Source: a virus
Length of the DNA: 64,000 nt
IMG/VR virus record: IMGVR_UViG_3300045988_081205
Direction: 5' to 3' (one strand)
Shown in pieces: positions 17,609 to 26,145 of the stretch (position 1 is the stretch's first letter; every line of letters starts with the position of its first letter). The position numbers and the translations under genes were made by a program. The notes under the pieces were generated by a model. That model saw only the letters and a program-made list of their open reading frames with translations. It ran no database searches and was not told the DNA's origin.

Positions 17609-20047
17609 TTGTTTGTAAATGAGGTATATGAATCTATCTGGAAAGATAGATACCAAAAGGACGGTGAGTCATATGATAACCAGCTATGGCGTGTAGCTGA
17701 TTTTGTAGCATCCGCAGAAGGGGATTGGAACGCGCCTAAATGGGCAGAGAAATTCTTCAGTATTATGAAAGAAGGCTATTTCTTCCCTGCCGGACGCACA
17801 ATGAGCAATGCTGGCATTGGTGAAAAGCTAACTCTTAACAACTGCTTTGTAGCACCTATTGTTGGCAACAGCATGGAGCAGATTTTTAATGCGGTTAAGC
17901 TAGGTGCTATGACACATAAGGCTGGTGGCGGCATTGGATACGCTTTTAGCAATCTAGCACCCAATGGTTATAGAACCCGTAATGACGCGATTGCATCTGG
18001 TCCAGTTAGCTTCATGGATGTGTTTAATGCTCAGACGGCTACTGTGCAGCAAGGCTCAAGGCGCGGTGCAAATATGGGTATGCTCAGTGTGTATCATCCT
18101 GACATTCTTGAATTTATTCATGCGAAGTCAGCGACAGAAGGACGGCTCAATCATTTCAACCTATCTGTTGTTGTAGATGATGCTTTTATGCAGCTTGTCA
18201 TTGATAATGGTCAAGTTCAGCTACACTGGCCTATCTATGACGAGAAGGGTAATAAGCTACCGCCAGATAAGTGGGATAAGCAATTTACTAAGCTAGTACC
18301 AGCTCGTGATATTTGGAATGAAATTATGCAGATGGCATATGATAATGGCGAACCGGGCGTATTCTATGAAGATAATGCTAATAACCGAAATCCTGCATGG
18401 TATGTAGAAAGAATTGTTTGTAGCAATCCATGCGCTGAATATCTAGCAGGGACAATCAATGCAACAGACCCATCGCAGTATGGCGGCGCGTGCAATCTCG
18501 GCTCATTATTCCTACACAATTTTGTAAAGAATCCATTTACCAAGCAAGCTCATCTTGATACTGATGCTCTAAGAAATACAATTTCTGTTGCCGTCCGTAT
18601 GCTTGATGATATTATTGATGTAAATAAATTCCCTGACAAGATTTATGAAAATTATCAGAAGGGTATGCGCACTATTGGTATTGGTATCACTGGTTTAGCA
18701 GATATGCTTGCTATGCTAGGCATGAAGTATGATAGTCAAGAAGCAAGAGATTACGTTGAATCTCTAATGCAAATGATTACCAATGCTGAATATTATGCGT
18801 CCGTTCAACTTGCTAAAGAAAAGGGTTGTTTCCCTCTATGTGAACCAGACAAACACGTAAATAGCAACTATGTCAAATCTGTGTTAGAACATGATGTAAT
18901 TGCCGAGATGTCTGAATATGGTATTCGCAATGCCAAGATTCAGGCGGTTGCACCATGCGGTACAATCTCTATGGTATTTGGCAACAACTGCTCTAGTGGT
19001 ATCGAGCCAATCTTCTCATTGAGCTATGACCGTAAGGTAAAAATTGGCGGTCAGGATGATAAGGACGTAAAAATCGTCAAGATGATGGATTATGCTTATT
19101 ATCTTTATCACAAGCTAAAGGATCAAGGTAAGCAACTTGATTTTGACGAGTATGATATTTTCCCAACTGCGCTTAATATGTCTGTTGATGACCATGTAGC
19201 TATGCTTGCTATTATTAGCAAATATACCGACATGAGCGTCAGTAAGACAATCAATGTACCTACTGAAGCATCATTTGATGAAGTCAAGGATATTTACATT
19301 CAGTGCTGGAAGAAGGGCATTAAGGGTTGCACTATTTTTAGACCAAATGCAATCCGTCAGGGTATTTTGCTTACTGACAATAAGAAAGATACTGAATCTA
19401 AGCCAGAATCTACATCTCTTACTCTGCCTCGCGGCTCAATCATCGAGCCAAGTAACGACCTGATTGGCAAAAAGCGCAAAATCCAGACAGGATGCGGCTC
19501 ACTTCATGTTCTAGCATTCTTTGACCCTATTGACGGAAATCTACAAGAGGTATATTTCAACAAAGGCTCAACTGGCGGATGTGCCAATTTCATGACAGGT
19601 CTAAGCCGAATGGTCAGTCTACTATGCCGTGCTGGTGTAGATATTATGACTATTAAAGACCAGCTTGATTCGACTGGTGTATGCCCATCCTATGCTACTA
19701 GAAAGGCAACTCACCATGATACTAGCAAGGGGTCTTGTTGCCCTATGGCTATTGGCAATGCTCTAGTAGAGATGTACAATGAGATGCAATCAGAGTTAGA
19801 TGATAAAGAGGACGATATTCCTATCACATCAAGAAAGCTAAATAAGGCATCTAAAACAGTTACTGAGAATTTTGATAAGGCAACAGAGGCATTCAATAAA
19901 GTTGTCGATAAGCTTGCTCAACTGGCAAAGGATAGCGGCAATGTTTACAACGCGCCAACTGAGGTATGTCCTGAATGCGGCGAACCCGTAATGTTTGAAG
20001 GTGGTTGCAAAATTTGTAAGTCGTGTGGTTGGACAAAATGTGAATAA
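17609..20047 (+). CDS. nrdJ: ribonucleotide reductase, class II (adenosylcobalamin-dependent, NrdJ-like)
   Basis: 812 aa in a single chain. SNPCAEY active-site loop, TISMVFGNNCSSGIEPIFS, and a C-terminal CPECG...CKICKSCG Zn-ribbon tail. TTG start after AAGGAGG. Confidence 0.75.
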   Translation: MFVNEVYESIWKDRYQKDGESYDNQLWRVADFVASAEGDWNAPKWAEKFFSIMKEGYFFPAGRTMSNAGIGEKLTLNNCFVAPIVGNSMEQIFNAVKLGAMTHKAGGGIGYAFSNLAPNGYRTRNDAIASGPVSFMDVFNAQTATVQQGSRRGANMGMLSVYHPDILEFIHAKSATEGRLNHFNLSVVVDDAFMQLVIDNGQVQLHWPIYDEKGNKLPPDKWDKQFTKLVPARDIWNEIMQMAYDNGEPGVFYEDNANNRNPAWYVERIVCSNPCAEYLAGTINATDPSQYGGACNLGSLFLHNFVKNPFTKQAHLDTDALRNTISVAVRMLDDIIDVNKFPDKIYENYQKGMRTIGIGITGLADMLAMLGMKYDSQEARDYVESLMQMITNAEYYASVQLAKEKGCFPLCEPDKHVNSNYVKSVLEHDVIAEMSEYGIRNAKIQAVAPCGTISMVFGNNCSSGIEPIFSLSYDRKVKIGGQDDKDVKIVKMMDYAYYLYHKLKDQGKQLDFDEYDIFPTALNMSVDDHVAMLAIISKYTDMSVSKTINVPTEASFDEVKDIYIQCWKKGIKGCTIFRPNAIRQGILLTDNKKDTESKPESTSLTLPRGSIIEPSNDLIGKKRKIQTGCGSLHVLAFFDPIDGNLQEVYFNKGSTGGCANFMTGLSRMVSLLCRAGVDIMTIKDQLDSTGVCPSYATRKATHHDTSKGSCCPMAIGNALVEMYNEMQSELDDKEDDIPITSRKLNKASKTVTENFDKATEAFNKVVDKLAQLAKDSGNVYNAPTEVCPECGEPVMFEGGCKICKSCGWTKCE

Positions 20048-20060
20048 GGAGTAAATTAAA

Positions 20061-20285
20061 ATGACAGAAAATCGTATCAATTTTTATCTAGGCAGACTAG
20101 GTAATGAAGACTGGATTTGCTCATGCGATGAACTAGACCTAATGGGCGAACCAAATAAGGGCGATTTGGTGTATCTACCGATCAATGCTGACGATGATGA
20201 ACAGGAAATGTATGTGGTGCTACAGAAATATGTTGCGCCAAATGAAATTAGCTATTTCTGCAAGCCATATAATTGGGAGGATTGA
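20061..20285 (+). CDS. hypothetical protein
   Basis: 74-aa ORF. Confidence 0.5.
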   Translation: MTENRINFYLGRLGNEDWICSCDELDLMGEPNKGDLVYLPINADDDEQEMYVVLQKYVAPNEISYFCKPYNWED

Positions 20286-20289
20286 ACGA

Positions 20290-20547
20290 ATGGAATTTCT
20301 ACTAAGATATTTTATTGATGGCAATGTGGATTGTGAAGGACGTGTATGGACATATACTCATGCCGCGCAGATGATTATTCCTAGGATTGGTGAACGCGTA
20401 TGGGTCGATGATAACACCTGTGTAGAGGTTGATATGGTAACATATTCGCCTGATTACTATGATGAGGATAACCTATATCTAGTAGATGTAGAATGTCATG
20501 ATATTACAGAGGATGTCCTAGCTGAATGTGATGAGGAGGACTGCTAA
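20290..20547 (+). CDS. hypothetical acidic protein
   Basis: The ATG at 20290 after GGGAGGA is preferred over the track start 20185. Confidence 0.5.
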   Translation: MEFLLRYFIDGNVDCEGRVWTYTHAAQMIIPRIGERVWVDDNTCVEVDMVTYSPDYYDEDNLYLVDVECHDITEDVLAECDEEDC

Positions 20548-21168
20548 TTGCCTAATGTATCTAATGTTCGCGTATATGCACTAAATGATTCCATTAGAGC
20601 AGCTAAGTATCCAAAGGCGGTTGAGCTTGACGGCTTGACCGCAGAGCTCACCAAGGGTATTTTGGCTTGCTTGAATTGTCCAACAGGTGAGGGACATGAT
20701 AATGCTCTAAATGGTATTATTGTCCAATTTGACCTTACATTCAGCCAGAAGGCATGGGTAGAATTGCAAAGATACCACTTCGTTGATTTCGTCTCATCTT
20801 GCTCTACAATGCATAAACTACAGAATATGAATCCCAGATTGCAATGCAATCGCTATGTTGACCCTAGAGCTATTGATATTCTACAAGAAAAGATAAATGA
20901 ATATAACAGGTTACTCAAAGCAAAGAAAGAACAAGGGCTTGCCGTTGCAGATGAAGAATTGAAGTGGGCGCGACTTGAGATGCTATATAATATCCCTAGC
21001 GGTTTTGAGCTTACAGCTGCAATGACTACCAATTATAGACAGCTCAAAACAATCTATCAACAGCGTCGCAATCACGCTCTTACTGATTGGCAGGTGTTCT
21101 GTGATTTTTGCGAGACACTACCACGCTTCCTAGAACTAACACAGAGAGGATATGAACCAAATGAGTAA
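20548..21168 (+). CDS. ThyX-fold protein with degenerate active-site motifs
   Basis: Aligns without gaps (from memory) with Thermotoga ThyX over GH....I.F...F and IP....T.N.R.L......R. RHR is replaced by RYH, and the Ser/Arg of the ELSGRY segment by Cys/Thr. Confidence 0.5.
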   Translation: MPNVSNVRVYALNDSIRAAKYPKAVELDGLTAELTKGILACLNCPTGEGHDNALNGIIVQFDLTFSQKAWVELQRYHFVDFVSSCSTMHKLQNMNPRLQCNRYVDPRAIDILQEKINEYNRLLKAKKEQGLAVADEELKWARLEMLYNIPSGFELTAAMTTNYRQLKTIYQQRRNHALTDWQVFCDFCETLPRFLELTQRGYEPNE

Positions 21169-21484
21169 AATTTTTATCTCTCAGCCGATGAACGGCAAGA
21201 CAACTGAAGAAATTGAGAATGAACGCAATGATATCATTGACAGACTAGCAACACAGTTTGCCAGAGAAAACGAGTGTATTGAAGTTATTTATTCATTCTT
21301 CAAAAACACGCCGCATGACGTTAAACCCCTATGGTATCTAGGTGAGTCAATTAAGCTAATGAGTGAAGCTGATGTTGTATTCTTCTGTGATGGTTGGCAG
21401 ACAGCTAGAGGATGCCAAATTGAGCATGATTGCGCTCTTGAATATGGTATTGATACTATGTATGAGGAGGACTTAATTGATTGA
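21152..21484 (+). CDS. DUF4406 / nucleoside 2-deoxyribosyltransferase-like protein
   Basis: KIFISQPMNGK ... ADVVFFCDGWQTARGCQIEHDCALEYG pattern. The start may be the ATG at 21161. Confidence 0.55.
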   Translation: MNQMSKIFISQPMNGKTTEEIENERNDIIDRLATQFARENECIEVIYSFFKNTPHDVKPLWYLGESIKLMSEADVVFFCDGWQTARGCQIEHDCALEYGIDTMYEEDLID

Positions 21485-21987
21485 AGATTAAAGCAAAGCG
21501 ACTATCAGATACCGCCAAGCTACCTACTTATGGTAGTGAAAAAGCGGCTTGTGCGGATTTATATTGTGACCTACGTGTAGATAAGTGCATCGACCTAAAT
21601 CCTGCACATGTCGATTTCAAGCATATGGAATATAGCGGTGATTGTTTTGATAGAGTTAATATTGCTCCTCATGAGACAATTAAGATTCTTACAGGTTGGG
21701 CATTCCAGCCGCCTGAAGGATATGCCGGATTCATCTATGCGCGGTCTGGGCTTGCTACTAAAAATGGCTTGCGTCCTAGCAACTGTGTAGGTGTATGCGA
21801 CGAGGATTATTCTGGAGAATATATTGTCGCTGTCCATAACGACACAGACAAATATCAAGTCATCAACAATGGGGATCGCATTGCCCAACTTGAATTTAGA
21901 CCATATGAACAAGCTGAATTTGAGCTAGTAGATGAACTAGATGAAACAGAGCGTGGTCAGGGTGGATTTGGAAGTACAGGTGCTTAA
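21481..21987 (+). CDS. dut: dUTP diphosphatase (trimeric dUTPase)
   Basis: Motifs AACADLY, ARSGLATKNGL, GVCDEDYSGE, GDRIAQL and C-terminal RGQGGFGSTG. TTG start. Confidence 0.85.
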   Translation: MKIKAKRLSDTAKLPTYGSEKAACADLYCDLRVDKCIDLNPAHVDFKHMEYSGDCFDRVNIAPHETIKILTGWAFQPPEGYAGFIYARSGLATKNGLRPSNCVGVCDEDYSGEYIVAVHNDTDKYQVINNGDRIAQLEFRPYEQAEFELVDELDETERGQGGFGSTGA

Positions 21988-21989
21988 CC

Positions 21990-22220
21990 ATGATTCTACC
22001 ACGACTATGTATCAATGGTAGTAGATACCGTGTAGAGCTGTATTATCCAGAAGAACCAGATAAGCCAATCGCTATCATGTCCGGTTCAGCTAAATCATCA
22101 TGTGATTTATTTGCTAATATGCTATATATGGCATTAGAGAATTACGATGATGGATATGATATTGGATATAATGACGCTATAGAGGATATGGAAGGAGGTG
22201 AATTTGATGTGGAAGTTTAG
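21990..22220 (+). CDS. hypothetical acidic protein with GYDxGY repeats
   Basis: 76-aa ORF. TAG stop. Confidence 0.5.
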   Translation: MILPRLCINGSRYRVELYYPEEPDKPIAIMSGSAKSSCDLFANMLYMALENYDDGYDIGYNDAIEDMEGGEFDVEV

Positions 22221-22548
22221 ACCAATAGGAAAATACTATGAACTATTAGTCGATGGTGATAGCGTTTATCTATGCCGCAAACAAGATACTATCATTCAAG
22301 CCGTGATTGAAGAATTATGCAATAGACACAATACTGAGATGGCTAAATATGAGAATCTGGACGTTGAAATTGTCAGCTGTGATGAGGCATATTTGAATGG
22401 GCTTGAAGATGGTAAGGAAGAAGCTGCTCAAGAACGATATGACGCTGGCTATGACGAAGGATATCAAATTGGCAAAACAGATGGATATGACTTAGGCTAT
22501 AGACGAGGATTAGCTGATGCCATTGCTTGTGAAGATAAATTGACATAG
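22207..22548 (+). CDS. hypothetical protein with GYDxGY repeats
   Basis: ATG after GGAGGTG. YDAGYDEGYQIGKTDGYDLGY. TAG-TAA tandem stop. Confidence 0.5.
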   Translation: MWKFRPIGKYYELLVDGDSVYLCRKQDTIIQAVIEELCNRHNTEMAKYENLDVEIVSCDEAYLNGLEDGKEEAAQERYDAGYDEGYQIGKTDGYDLGYRRGLADAIACEDKLT

Positions 22549-22556
22549 TAAAAAAA

Positions 22557-22598
22557 TGGGGAACATGGTAGACATAATAATCTATCCAATGTTCCCCA
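22557..22598. terminator. bidirectional intrinsic terminator between the convergent blocks
   Basis: TGGGGAACAT (22557-22566) / ATGTTCCCCA (22589-22598). An A7 run lies upstream (a T7 run for the - strand) and a T-rich stretch downstream. Confidence 0.7.
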
Positions 22599-22608
22599 TA
22601 AATTTATA

Positions 22609-23136
22609 TTAAGCAGATGCTTGCATTACAATCTTTAACGTCTGGTCGCCTGTATTCTTGACTTGTTTAGCTTCAGTAGTATATCCTGTCTTAGTAGCTG
22701 TAACAGTATATGTATCGCCAATACCGCTTAGTAGGAACTGCTTAGCGTTGCCACTCACTGGGTCAACCGTCTCACCATCGACATCGGTCACAGTGATAAT
22801 AGCATCCTTTGGCGTTACATCAACAGTAAGTAGAAAGCCCTCTTGTAGTGTAACTGCACCCTTTACAATCTTGAAAAAGCGTCCATCAAGACCAACACCA
22901 CAATTACCACGACCCATAACAGGCGCACCAATTTCTTCGCCTTCTGAACCATGTAGAGTGATATAACCAGCGCCGCCAACTTTAACCACGGTAAATAATG
23001 CTCCATCCCAGAGCTGACCGCAAGTAGATACTGCTTTACTTCTGTCAACGCTTGTTGCCCCAACATCACAAATCACCCCGTTAATAATCTTGAGTGTGGT
23101 TGAATCTAGTCTTATGCCGCCACAAAAATTAGCCAT
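22609..23136 (-). CDS. hypothetical structural/adhesin-like protein with C-terminal Ig/CarboxypepD_reg-like beta domain
   Basis: 175-aa ORF. The C-terminal TVDVTPKDAIITVTD...YTVTATKTGY pattern is typical of small beta-sandwich domains. Confidence 0.45.
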   Translation of the reverse strand: MANFCGGIRLDSTTLKIINGVICDVGATSVDRSKAVSTCGQLWDGALFTVVKVGGAGYITLHGSEGEEIGAPVMGRGNCGVGLDGRFFKIVKGAVTLQEGFLLTVDVTPKDAIITVTDVDGETVDPVSGNAKQFLLSGIGDTYTVTATKTGYTTEAKQVKNTGDQTLKIVMQASA

Positions 23137-23157
23137 ATTTCATTCCCCTCTCTATAA

Positions 23158-23970
23158 TTATGCTTTAGCTACCCATGCTAATGCGCCATTTACAATGCCT
23201 AGCACCTTATCATTATCAGCAGCCGTGAATGCTGGCAAAATGGCGTCAACATATGCCTTATCAACTGCGTCATTATCTTCAGTTGGTTCGGCTGTTAGCT
23301 TGAGCTTGCCTACCATAGTGCCGCCTGATTTAAGGATTGCACTAGCTTGAATTGCACCTGTCTTACCATCTACATATTCTTTAGTAGTAGCATGATTCAC
23401 TGATGTTGGCGCACCTACGCTGACAGGTACATAAGTAGCCTGCGTATCAGCCTTAACGAATGCCGCTGTGCCATCATTTGAGCCTGTTAACCTAGGCGCA
23501 TTTGTACCAGTTGGCTCAATGGTCGAGCCAATATATAATGGTGCTGGACCGTCTGTACTGATTCTATGAGCATTGACAATACCATGCTCATTCATGTTCA
23601 GGTCACTGTCAATCTTACCATCATCGCCTAGTAGGCTATGCTCATCTACATATGCCTTGGTTGCGGCATCTTGGTCTGCAACTGGGTCAAGCAGGTCAGT
23701 GATTTTATGATTGTTTAGACTGACCTCTGATTCAATAGCCATGCCACTATCTGTATTGCTAATAGACTTAACGCCCATGATGTTATTGCCATTCATGTAT
23801 AGGTTGCCGCTCATTGGCACTGTGCCATCTGACTTAAAATCGCCGGATGCACCGCCATCGCCGCCTACACCTTTTACATTGAGCACTGGTCTGCCTTGTT
23901 CATCTTTAGTATAATTAAATTGGTCTGAATTTAATAGATAGCCACCATCTGCGGCTCTAATTGTTGCCAT
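23158..23970 (-). CDS. tail-fibre-like protein
   Basis: Repeated (A/T)TK(A/E)YVD motifs (DAATKAYVD, HATTKEYVD, DAVDKAYVD) and Gly-rich segments. Confidence 0.55.
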   Translation of the reverse strand: MATIRAADGGYLLNSDQFNYTKDEQGRPVLNVKGVGGDGGASGDFKSDGTVPMSGNLYMNGNNIMGVKSISNTDSGMAIESEVSLNNHKITDLLDPVADQDAATKAYVDEHSLLGDDGKIDSDLNMNEHGIVNAHRISTDGPAPLYIGSTIEPTGTNAPRLTGSNDGTAAFVKADTQATYVPVSVGAPTSVNHATTKEYVDGKTGAIQASAILKSGGTMVGKLKLTAEPTEDNDAVDKAYVDAILPAFTAADNDKVLGIVNGALAWVAKA

Positions 23971-23986
23971 ATATTATCACATCCTA

Positions 23987-24253
23987 TCAACTATATTCGT
24001 CTGGATCTTCATTCTTTTTAGCAAAGATGCGCTTAAATGCTAGAGAAATCAGCTCAAAGCTAAAAGCACCAGCTGCATATATCAGGACATCGCTAAGGTC
24101 GCATCCAATCGTCTCGCCCCAACGTATAACAGCATATGTCTTTAGGCAAGCTGCCCATATCATTACTAAAGTTAAGAGCCGGAGACAGTATATTACTATC
24201 GTCCGGCTCATTTCTCCTTTAGCCCATCTTCGCTTATTTCTAAGTTTAAGCAT
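23987..24253 (-). CDS. small membrane protein downstream of the endolysin (holin-like / lysis accessory)
   Basis: 88 aa with two hydrophobic segments and charged ends. Confidence 0.4.
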   Translation of the reverse strand: MLKLRNKRRWAKGEMSRTIVIYCLRLLTLVMIWAACLKTYAVIRWGETIGCDLSDVLIYAAGAFSFELISLAFKRIFAKKNEDPDEYS

Positions 24254-24259
24254 GGGTTA

Positions 24260-24928
24260 TCATCCCTTATTAGCTAATTTCTCCATCAAGTCTTTATTGT
24301 ATTTATATGTATCTAGCCAATCTACTGTAGCATCAGTAAATCCAAAGCGGCTCTTTACTTTTGCTTTATTCGCCTCATGCTTTTCGTCAATCTTCTCAGC
24401 TTTAGACCCATCGTTAAGCACCATTACAGTATGTCTAGATTCATTGACTAGCACATCGCCACGCTTGAGATAATCACTAGATGTTAGATATTTCTTGTCT
24501 GTAATCATCTCAAATTTGCCCGTCTTAGCCCATTGCTGTTTCATCTGGAATGTAGCAGGAGCATTGCCCTGTGCATATGCTACATCCATATTAACACCAG
24601 CCGCCTCAGCACATACCGCCATAAATGCGCTACAGTCTGTTTCACATGGCGTCTTGATTGCAGCTAGATTCCAAGCAACTTTCTTTGCTTCGGCTCTAAG
24701 CGTGTTTCTTTGCCATTGGTCATAGCCAATATTTTTATTAGCTACACCGGCTTCACATGCTTTAGCCATCTTTTCAGCCGTCTTTGGGTCTTTGGCTCGA
24801 ATCAACAAGGTCCATCCGCCATTATACCAGTTAGACCGATTCAACTCACGACCTGATTGATTGCCAGCTTGACCACCATGAATACCACCATGTTCATCAA
24901 TGCTGGCTTGACCGATATATACAGCCAT
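24260..24928 (-). CDS. endolysin, cysteine-peptidase type (NlpC/P60- or CHAP-like)
   Basis: Candidate catalytic Cys in ETDCSAFMAVC and His in ESRHTVMV. Lies immediately after a holin gene. Confidence 0.6.
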   Translation of the reverse strand: MAVYIGQASIDEHGGIHGGQAGNQSGRELNRSNWYNGGWTLLIRAKDPKTAEKMAKACEAGVANKNIGYDQWQRNTLRAEAKKVAWNLAAIKTPCETDCSAFMAVCAEAAGVNMDVAYAQGNAPATFQMKQQWAKTGKFEMITDKKYLTSSDYLKRGDVLVNESRHTVMVLNDGSKAEKIDEKHEANKAKVKSRFGFTDATVDWLDTYKYNKDLMEKLANKG

Positions 24929-25245
24929 TATTTATTCTCCTCTTGCTTAGTGCCATATAGCTCATTATGGAGCAGTAAGACACTAGATTCAATCATGTTC
25001 TCAATAGTAGCCGAATCAAACTTGATACCGTGCTCAGACAGATAGTTGACAACATATGCCTTTTTCTCTTGTGCCTGTTCGGTCTTGAACAGTTGTTCTG
25101 CGGCTCTGACAGCAATATCTACATATTGCTGTGTCTGAGCAATCTTGGTTTCACCATATTTCTGCTTGAGATATGGTACAAGAACACCCGTAAGAACAGC
25201 CACGATAAGACTAAGAACGCTAACAATAATCTGAGTATAATCCAT
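24928..25245 (-). CDS. holin (LL-H-like family)
   Basis: One N-terminal TM helix followed by an amphipathic charged region (VDIAVRAAEQ...). ATGA-coupled to the endolysin. Confidence 0.6.
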   Translation of the reverse strand: MDYTQIIVSVLSLIVAVLTGVLVPYLKQKYGETKIAQTQQYVDIAVRAAEQLFKTEQAQEKKAYVVNYLSEHGIKFDSATIENMIESSVLLLHNELYGTKQEENK

Positions 25246-25268
25246 TTTATATTCCTCCTATATTCCTA

Positions 25269-25922
25269 TTATTCAGTAATTTCTTTCCATCCAGCAGGAT
25301 ATGCAGATGGACTATATACATTGGCATCAATCAAGCTTTCATATACCTTACCTTCAAACTTAACCTTGTCGCCCTTCTTATACGCATCATGTGCGCCTGT
25401 TGGTTGTACAAAATCTGGTACTGTTTCAGCGGGTGGGGTTTCTGGTTCAGTTGTGCCGCCTCCACCAGTTTCACCTGAATCACCGCCATCTCCAGTTGAT
25501 TCTGTATATTCTTCCCATCCGGCAGGATATACGTCTGGTGCCCATACATTGGCGTTGATAATGGATTTATATAGCTTACCATTATAGCTTACAATATCCC
25601 CAATATTATAGGCATCTGTTGCGCCTAGTGGTTGAACCCATAGAGGATAACCACTTGGGTCAATGCCAACCTTTTTATATAAGCTAGTAGCCGTATCTGG
25701 CGTCCATTGAGCCGCAGATATATGATCTTGTAGTACCTGATATAACTGTGGATCACCTACAGCATTAACGCCATACACTACCCATTCACCAGTTACATAC
25801 TTTACATTAACCGCCCATTCATCAAAGATGCTAGATACAACTAGCGCCTTTTCTTCTGGTAGAGTTGTAGCGAAATATTGTACTGCTTTTCTAAATTGCT
25901 CTGCATACGCAATTCTTTCCAT
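25269..25922 (-). CDS. protein with two CBM5/12-like carbohydrate-binding repeats
   Basis: Two copies of W/FVQP.GA.DAY..GD.V.(Y/F).GK.Y.S.I.ANV..P...PAGW.E joined by a Gly/Thr/Pro linker. Confidence 0.55.
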   Translation of the reverse strand: MERIAYAEQFRKAVQYFATTLPEEKALVVSSIFDEWAVNVKYVTGEWVVYGVNAVGDPQLYQVLQDHISAAQWTPDTATSLYKKVGIDPSGYPLWVQPLGATDAYNIGDIVSYNGKLYKSIINANVWAPDVYPAGWEEYTESTGDGGDSGETGGGGTTEPETPPAETVPDFVQPTGAHDAYKKGDKVKFEGKVYESLIDANVYSPSAYPAGWKEITE

Positions 25923-26140
25923 TATTCAGCCACCTCCTCTTTTGTAGACAAGCCAATCATAGTATCGATAATCTTATTGGCTTCATCCAGTTTTGTTTGT
26001 AGCTCATCAATTAGAGCCTGTTGTGCCTGTTTATCAATCGTCTCTTGAGTTGGCGCATATACATGATTGCCATTCTCATCTATGATTTCTACGTAACCAG
26101 CTTTTGCAGGTAATGTCGGTTGATTTATCATATACACCAT
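25922..26140 (-). CDS. hypothetical small protein
   Basis: 72-aa ORF, coupled. Confidence 0.5.
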   Translation of the reverse strand: MVYMINQPTLPAKAGYVEIIDENGNHVYAPTQETIDKQAQQALIDELQTKLDEANKIIDTMIGLSTKEEVAE

Positions 26141-26145
26141 CCTCT

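Noticed and set aside
23961-25587. Long + strand track ORFs (23961-24473, 24495-24725, 25030-25587) opposite the lysis genes
   Set aside because: They are shadow ORFs antisense to well-supported - strand genes (endolysin, holin, CBM protein). They have low-complexity Ser/Leu/Pro-rich composition, no SD, and no place in the operon structure.
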